NCBI GenBank assembly: GCA_035699745.1 | Contig: DASSPH010000069.1 | Span: 232,549-296,548 of the forward strand | Length of the DNA stretch: 64,000 bases | Direction of reading: 5' to 3' | From: Vicinamibacterales bacterium | GTDB taxonomy: Bacteria; Acidobacteriota; Vicinamibacteria; Vicinamibacterales; 2-12-FULL-66-21 | Part shown: piece by piece, positions 60,646 through 64,000 of the stretch | Layout: the number at the start of each line of letters is the position of its first letter | Numbering within the stretch: position 1 is the stretch's first letter | Made by a program: the position numbers and the translations under genes | Notes under the pieces: generated by a model | What the model saw: the letters and a program-made list of their open reading frames with translations, nothing else | Databases searched by the model: none | What the model was told of the DNA's origin: nothing

Positions 60646-60998
60646 ACCGCCTTGGACGGACGCCGCGCCTGCAGCGCCCGCGTCACCGCGACGGAAAAGC
60701 GATCCCAGCGCGACAGCTCGGCGCGGAGCTGCTGCCGTCCGCGCTCGGTCAGGGTGTACAACCGGACACGCCGGTTGGTATCCGACGTCGTCCACTGGGA
60801 CGACACCAGCTCGCGCGCCTGCAGCCGGTGCAGCGCCGGGTACAGCGAGCCCTCTTCGACGAGAAGCTCATCCTCGGTCACCTGCTCGATCCAGCGGGCG
60901 ATGCCGTAGCCGTGCAAAGGCCCCCAGCTCAGTGATTTGAGGATCAGCGTGGCGAGCGTCCCCTGCAGGAGATCGACGGTCGTGCTGCGGTCGGACAT
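60642..60998 (-). CDS. PadR family transcriptional regulator
   Basis: Starts [37 protein letters not shown]...[17 protein letters not shown]. Start chosen at 60998 to fit the promoter geometry. Alternative ATGs lie at 61007 and 61010. Confidence 0.9.
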   Translation of the reverse strand: MSDRSTTVDLLQGTLATLILKSLSWGPLHGYGIARWIEQVTEDELLVEEGSLYPALHRLQARELVSSQWTTSDTNRRVRLYTLTERGRQQLRAELSRWDRFSVAVTRALQARRPSKAV

Positions 60999-61033
60999 GC
61001 CTGCCATCATATACCTATGATGATATGTGTCGA
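60999..61033 (-). promoter_or_regulatory. predicted promoter and operator of PadR module B
   Basis: Minus strand reads TCGACA (61033-61028), 16-nt spacer, TATGAT (61011-61006), then 7 nt to the ATG. The palindrome CATCATA-N4-TATGATG (61005-61022) overlaps the spacer and the -10. Confidence 0.5.
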
Positions 61034-61074
61034 GGCGCGGGCCACGTGGCAACCGGCTTGCTGTTTCGGCGCTC

Positions 61075-62739
61075 GTGATACACGACCTCTGGTACAAGAA
61101 CGCGATCGTCTATTGCCTGAACGTCGAGACGTTCATCGACTCGAACGGCGACGGCATCGGCGACTTCGTCGGCCTCACCGACAAGCTGGCCTATCTCGCC
61201 GGGCTGGGCGTGACGTGCATCTGGCTGATGCCGTTCTACGGCTCGCCGAATCGCGACGACGGCTACGATGTGTCGGACTACTACGGCGTCCATCCGCGTA
61301 CCGGCACGTTCGGCGACGTCGTCGAGTTCATGAACCGGGCGCGGCAGCTCGGGCTGCGGGTGATCGTCGATCTCGTCGTCAATCACACCTCCGTCGAGCA
61401 TCCCTGGTTCAAGGCGGCGCGCCGCGACCCGGCGTCCCCCTACCGGCAGTACTACGTCTGGTCGAAGCGGCGGCCGCCCAACTGGAACAAGGGCATGGTG
61501 TTCCCCGGCGTCCAGAAGGCGACGTGGACGCGCGATCGGGTGGCGCGCGAGTACTACTTCCACCGGTTCTACGAATTCCAGGCCGACCTGAACACGCATC
61601 ATCCGCCGGTCAAGGACGAGATCATGCGGATCATGGGATTCTGGCTGCAGCTCGGCGTGTCGGGGTTCCGCATGGATGCGGTGCCGTTCCTCATCGAGCG
61701 CAAGGGGGCGCACGTGCGTCCGTCGCGCGACTACGAGCTGCTGCACGAGATGCGCGACTTCCTGCAGTGGCGGCGGCGCGACGCGATCATGCTCGCCGAA
61801 GCGAACGTGCCGCCGAACCAGAGCATGCAGTACTTCGGCGACGCCGGCGATCGGCTGCAGATGATGCTGAACTTCTGGGTCAACCAGCGCATCTTCTATA
61901 CGCTGGCCTGCGGCGATGCGCGGCCGCTGCGCAAGGCGCTCCTCGACACCTACCGGCGTCCGCACGCGTCGCAGTGGGGGGTGTTCCTGCGCGCCCACGA
62001 CGAGCTCGATCTCGGCCGGCTCACGGCGCGCCAGCGCGAGGCGTGCTTCGCCGCGTTCGCGCCCGAGCCGCACATGTTGTTGTACGACCGCGGCATCCGC
62101 CGGCGGCTGGCGCCGATGCTGAACAACGATCGGCGGCGCATCGAGCTGGCGAACAGCCTGCTCTTCACGCTGCCCGGGACGCCGGTGATCCGCTACGGGG
62201 ACGAGATCGGCATGGGGGACGATCTGAGCCTGCCGGAGCGCTACTCGGTGCGCACGCCGATGCAGTGGTCGGCGCAGCGGCACGGCGGCTTCACCACCGG
62301 GCGACGGCCGATCCGTCCGGTCATCGACGATCCGGTCTTCGGCTACACGCAGGTCAACGTCGCCGACCAGCGCCGCGATCCGAACTCGCTGCTGAACTGG
62401 ACCGAGCGCGTCATCCGCACGCGCAAGGAATGCGCGGAGATCGGCTGGGGCAACTGGAAGCTGATCCCGCGGCTGCCCGATCACGTCCTCGGCATGCAGT
62501 ACGAGTGGGACCACCGCTGCACGCTGGTGCTGCACAACTTCAGCGACACGCCGACGACGGTGCGGGTGCGGCCCGACGGCCTGCCGGCCTGCCCGCTGAT
62601 CAACATGCTGTCGCAGGAGCGCAGCGAACCGGACGGGCGCGGCCGCCACACGATCGATCTGGAGCCGTACGGCTACCGCTGGCTGCGCATGGGCGACAGC
62701 GAGCGTCCGCTCACAGCCGGGCAACCTCGCCGGACGTGA
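61075..62739 (+). CDS. GH13 alpha-amylase family protein, trehalose-synthase (TreS)-like
   Basis: Pattern WYKNAIVYCLNVETFIDSNGDGIGDFVGL. Catalytic regions GFRMDAV, MLAEANV and LRAHDEL. Start set at GTG 61075, because the track start GTG 61027 lies inside the PadR promoter. Confidence 0.85.
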   Translation: MIHDLWYKNAIVYCLNVETFIDSNGDGIGDFVGLTDKLAYLAGLGVTCIWLMPFYGSPNRDDGYDVSDYYGVHPRTGTFGDVVEFMNRARQLGLRVIVDLVVNHTSVEHPWFKAARRDPASPYRQYYVWSKRRPPNWNKGMVFPGVQKATWTRDRVAREYYFHRFYEFQADLNTHHPPVKDEIMRIMGFWLQLGVSGFRMDAVPFLIERKGAHVRPSRDYELLHEMRDFLQWRRRDAIMLAEANVPPNQSMQYFGDAGDRLQMMLNFWVNQRIFYTLACGDARPLRKALLDTYRRPHASQWGVFLRAHDELDLGRLTARQREACFAAFAPEPHMLLYDRGIRRRLAPMLNNDRRRIELANSLLFTLPGTPVIRYGDEIGMGDDLSLPERYSVRTPMQWSAQRHGGFTTGRRPIRPVIDDPVFGYTQVNVADQRRDPNSLLNWTERVIRTRKECAEIGWGNWKLIPRLPDHVLGMQYEWDHRCTLVLHNFSDTPTTVRVRPDGLPACPLINMLSQERSEPDGRGRHTIDLEPYGYRWLRMGDSERPLTAGQPRRT

Positions 62740-63460
62740 CCTCGCGCCAGCGTCCCGGCTGCAGGGTCCCCAGCTCGATCGGCCCGTACGCCACGCGCAG
62801 CAGCCGGCTGACGGAAAAAGGGGACTGTCCCCGTTTTTCGCACTGAAATTCTGAGTACATATGCTCGATTAGCCGTCGTATTTCACGGTTCTTGCCCTCG
62901 GTGAGTTCGACGATCAGGTGGGTCTCGCGCCGCGAGCGCTTGATGACCCGGGCGGACGCCGCCTTCAAGCCGCCGCGGCCGCGGACCATCGCGGCACAGT
63001 GCTCGTCCCCCAGCTCCCCCCGGACGGTGACCACGTAGCGCCGCACCAGCCCGCTCGCCGGATTCGTGAGCCGCTCGGCGAGCTGCGTATCGGTCGTGAG
63101 CAGCAGCAGACCGCTGGACGCGAGATCGAGGCGGCCGACGGCCGCGAGACCCGCCGCGTCGGCCCCGAGCAGGTCGAACACCGTGGGACGCCCCTCCGGA
63201 TCGCGCCGCGTCGTGACGTACCCCCGCGGCTTGTGCAGCGCAATCGTCCGCCAGGCCGGTGCGACGACGCGACGCCGATCGACCTCGATCGCGTCCCGCT
63301 CCGGGGACACCGCGGCGAGCGGATCCGTCACGGTGCGTCCGTTCACCTGCACCCGGCCGCCGCGGACCAGCAGCCGCGCGTCCCGCCGCGACGCCAGGCG
63401 GAGCTTCGACAGCGCGCGCTCCAGCGCGACGCGCCCGGGTTTGTAGCGCGAGGCTGCCAT
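62711..63460 (-). CDS. pseudouridine synthase (RsuA/RluB family) with N-terminal S4 domain
   Basis: S4 domain, catalytic GRLDLASSGLLLLT, EGKNREIRR. Carries an extra ~12 residues (MYSEFQCEKRGQSPF) before the conserved SRLLRV. The 3' end overlaps the GH13 gene by 29 nt. Confidence 0.88.
   Translation of the reverse strand: MAASRYKPGRVALERALSKLRLASRRDARLLVRGGRVQVNGRTVTDPLAAVSPERDAIEVDRRRVVAPAWRTIALHKPRGYVTTRRDPEGRPTVFDLLGADAAGLAAVGRLDLASSGLLLLTTDTQLAERLTNPASGLVRRYVVTVRGELGDEHCAAMVRGRGGLKAASARVIKRSRRETHLIVELTEGKNREIRRLIEHMYSEFQCEKRGQSPFSVSRLLRVAYGPIELGTLQPGRWREVTSGEVARL
62814..62839. other. A-tract/hairpin/T-tract (bidirectional-terminator-like) element embedded in the pseudouridine synthase CDS
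   Basis: GAAAAA-GGGGAC-T-GTCCCC-(G)-TTTTTC lies 75 nt downstream of the GH13 stop. The surrounding ~70 nt are about 47% GC by my count. Confidence 0.6.
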
Positions 63461-63465
63461 ACAAT
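63460..63465 (+). promoter_or_regulatory. -10-like hexamer TACAAT 6 nt upstream of the M28 peptidase ATG
   Basis: TACAAT at 63460-63465 overlaps the start codon of the divergent gene. ATG 63472 sits exactly where a transcription start would be expected. Confidence 0.35.
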
Positions 63466-63471
63466 CAGGCG

Positions 63472-64000
63472 ATGTCCATTCTCTCCCGCGTCACGCTGAC
63501 CGTCGTGCTCTCCTCGGTGTTCGCGGCGGGATGCAGCCGCGAGCCCGCACCGGCCGCCCCGCAGGCGGGCGCCCCACCGGCCGCCCCGCAGACCCAGTCC
63601 GCCGCCGCGCCGAATACGCTTCCGCCGCCATCCGTGCCGCTGTCGTCGCTGCCCCGGATCGATCCGGCCGCCGTGCTGGAAACCACCACGCGCCTCTCGG
63701 CGGACAAGTTCCAGGGACGCGCGCCCGGCACCGTCGGCGAAGAGCTCACCGTCGCCTACCTGCAGATGCGGTTCCAGCAGCTCGGTCTCGCGCCGGGCAA
63801 CCCGGACGGCACGTACATCCAGAAAGTGCCCCTCGTCGGCATCACCGGCAGCGAAACGAAGCCGCTCACCCTGGTCAAGGGCGCCAAGACGACAACGCTC
63901 AGATGGAAGGACGATGTGGTCGCGTGGTCGAGACATGTCGCGCCTGCCGCCTCGGTCGCCGACTCCGACGTGATCTTCGTCGGTTATGGAGTGGAGGCGC
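63472..64000 (+). CDS. M28 family peptidase, lipoprotein (5' partial, runs off the window)
   Basis: Starts MSILSRVTLTVVLSSVFAAGC (lipobox), followed by DKFQGRAPGTVGEELTVAYLQMRFQQLGLAPGNPDGTYIQKVPLVG, typical of M28 aminopeptidases. Absent from the ORF track because no stop falls within the window. Confidence 0.8.
   Translation, partial: MSILSRVTLTVVLSSVFAAGCSREPAPAAPQAGAPPAAPQTQSAAAPNTLPPPSVPLSSLPRIDPAAVLETTTRLSADKFQGRAPGTVGEELTVAYLQMRFQQLGLAPGNPDGTYIQKVPLVGITGSETKPLTLVKGAKTTTLRWKDDVVAWSRHVAPAASVADSDVIFVGYGVEA

Noticed and set aside
61027-61074. GTG 61027 as the start of the GH13/TreS-like gene.
   Set aside because: It sits inside the predicted -35/spacer of the divergent PadR promoter. The extra 16 residues (MSRRGPRGNRLAVSAL) are not family-like. 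GTG 61075 gives VIHDLWYKNAIVY, matching typical TreS-like N-termini. This remains uncertain.

Overview
Very GC-rich, gene-dense chromosomal segment, most likely from an Acidobacteriota genome. The lineage call rests on four ADOP-type duplicated MacB-like permeases, two Acidobacteria-type PadR regulators and two VWFA-related acidobacterial-domain proteins. I support about 60 protein-coding genes on both strands, many joined by 4-nt start/stop overlaps (ATGA, GTGA, TTGA). I found no rRNA, tRNA, CRISPR array, transposase or integrase, and nothing resembling a classical defence island. Most long ORFs in the supplied track are antisense or off-frame shadows of real genes, which is expected in high-GC DNA. 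Several true starts lie well inside the listed ORFs. Main blocks, in order: (1) SCO copper chaperone plus a caa3-type cytochrome c oxidase operon (1-4.6 kb). (2) A MacA/MacB-like adaptor, ATPase and two FtsX permeases (4.9-9.2 kb). (3) A minus-strand operon of Gfo/Idh/MocA oxidoreductase, TIM-barrel isomerase, dihaem cytochrome c and a PQQ-type propeller lacking hallmark residues (11.8-17 kb). (4) A set of exported oxidoreductase, TIM-barrel, DUF1080, PIG-L and creatininase genes (17-24.7 kb). (5) clpS-clpA-grpE, rhodanese-sufE and alkB housekeeping genes, flanked by two VWFA-like paralogs (24.7-34 kb). (6) S9/M48 peptidases and an ABC ATPase, polytopic membrane protein and ADOP operon (35-45.7 kb). 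(7) A PAP2, amidohydrolase, CarF-like and fatty-acid-hydroxylase operon that suggests ether or vinyl-ether lipid remodelling (45.7-49.9 kb). (8) Two PadR plus prefix-bearing ADOP permease modules (50-53 kb and 58-61 kb), separated by housekeeping genes. (9) A GH13 TreS-like enzyme, a pseudouridine synthase and a partial M28 peptidase. The best candidate for an under-described system is the PadR/prefix/ADOP module. It occurs twice, is translationally coupled, and each copy has its own perfect palindrome inside a sigma70-like promoter that appears to drive a leaderless transcript. Other items worth a second look are the CarF operon, the residue-depleted quinoprotein coupled to a cytochrome c, and a low-GC in-frame palindromic insertion (terminator-like hairpin) inside the pseudouridine synthase gene. 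Also notable are heptamer tandem arrays at gene 3' ends and a recurrent TA(G/C)AAT box 6-12 nt upstream of start codons. All functional calls come from motif recognition by eye. No database search was run.
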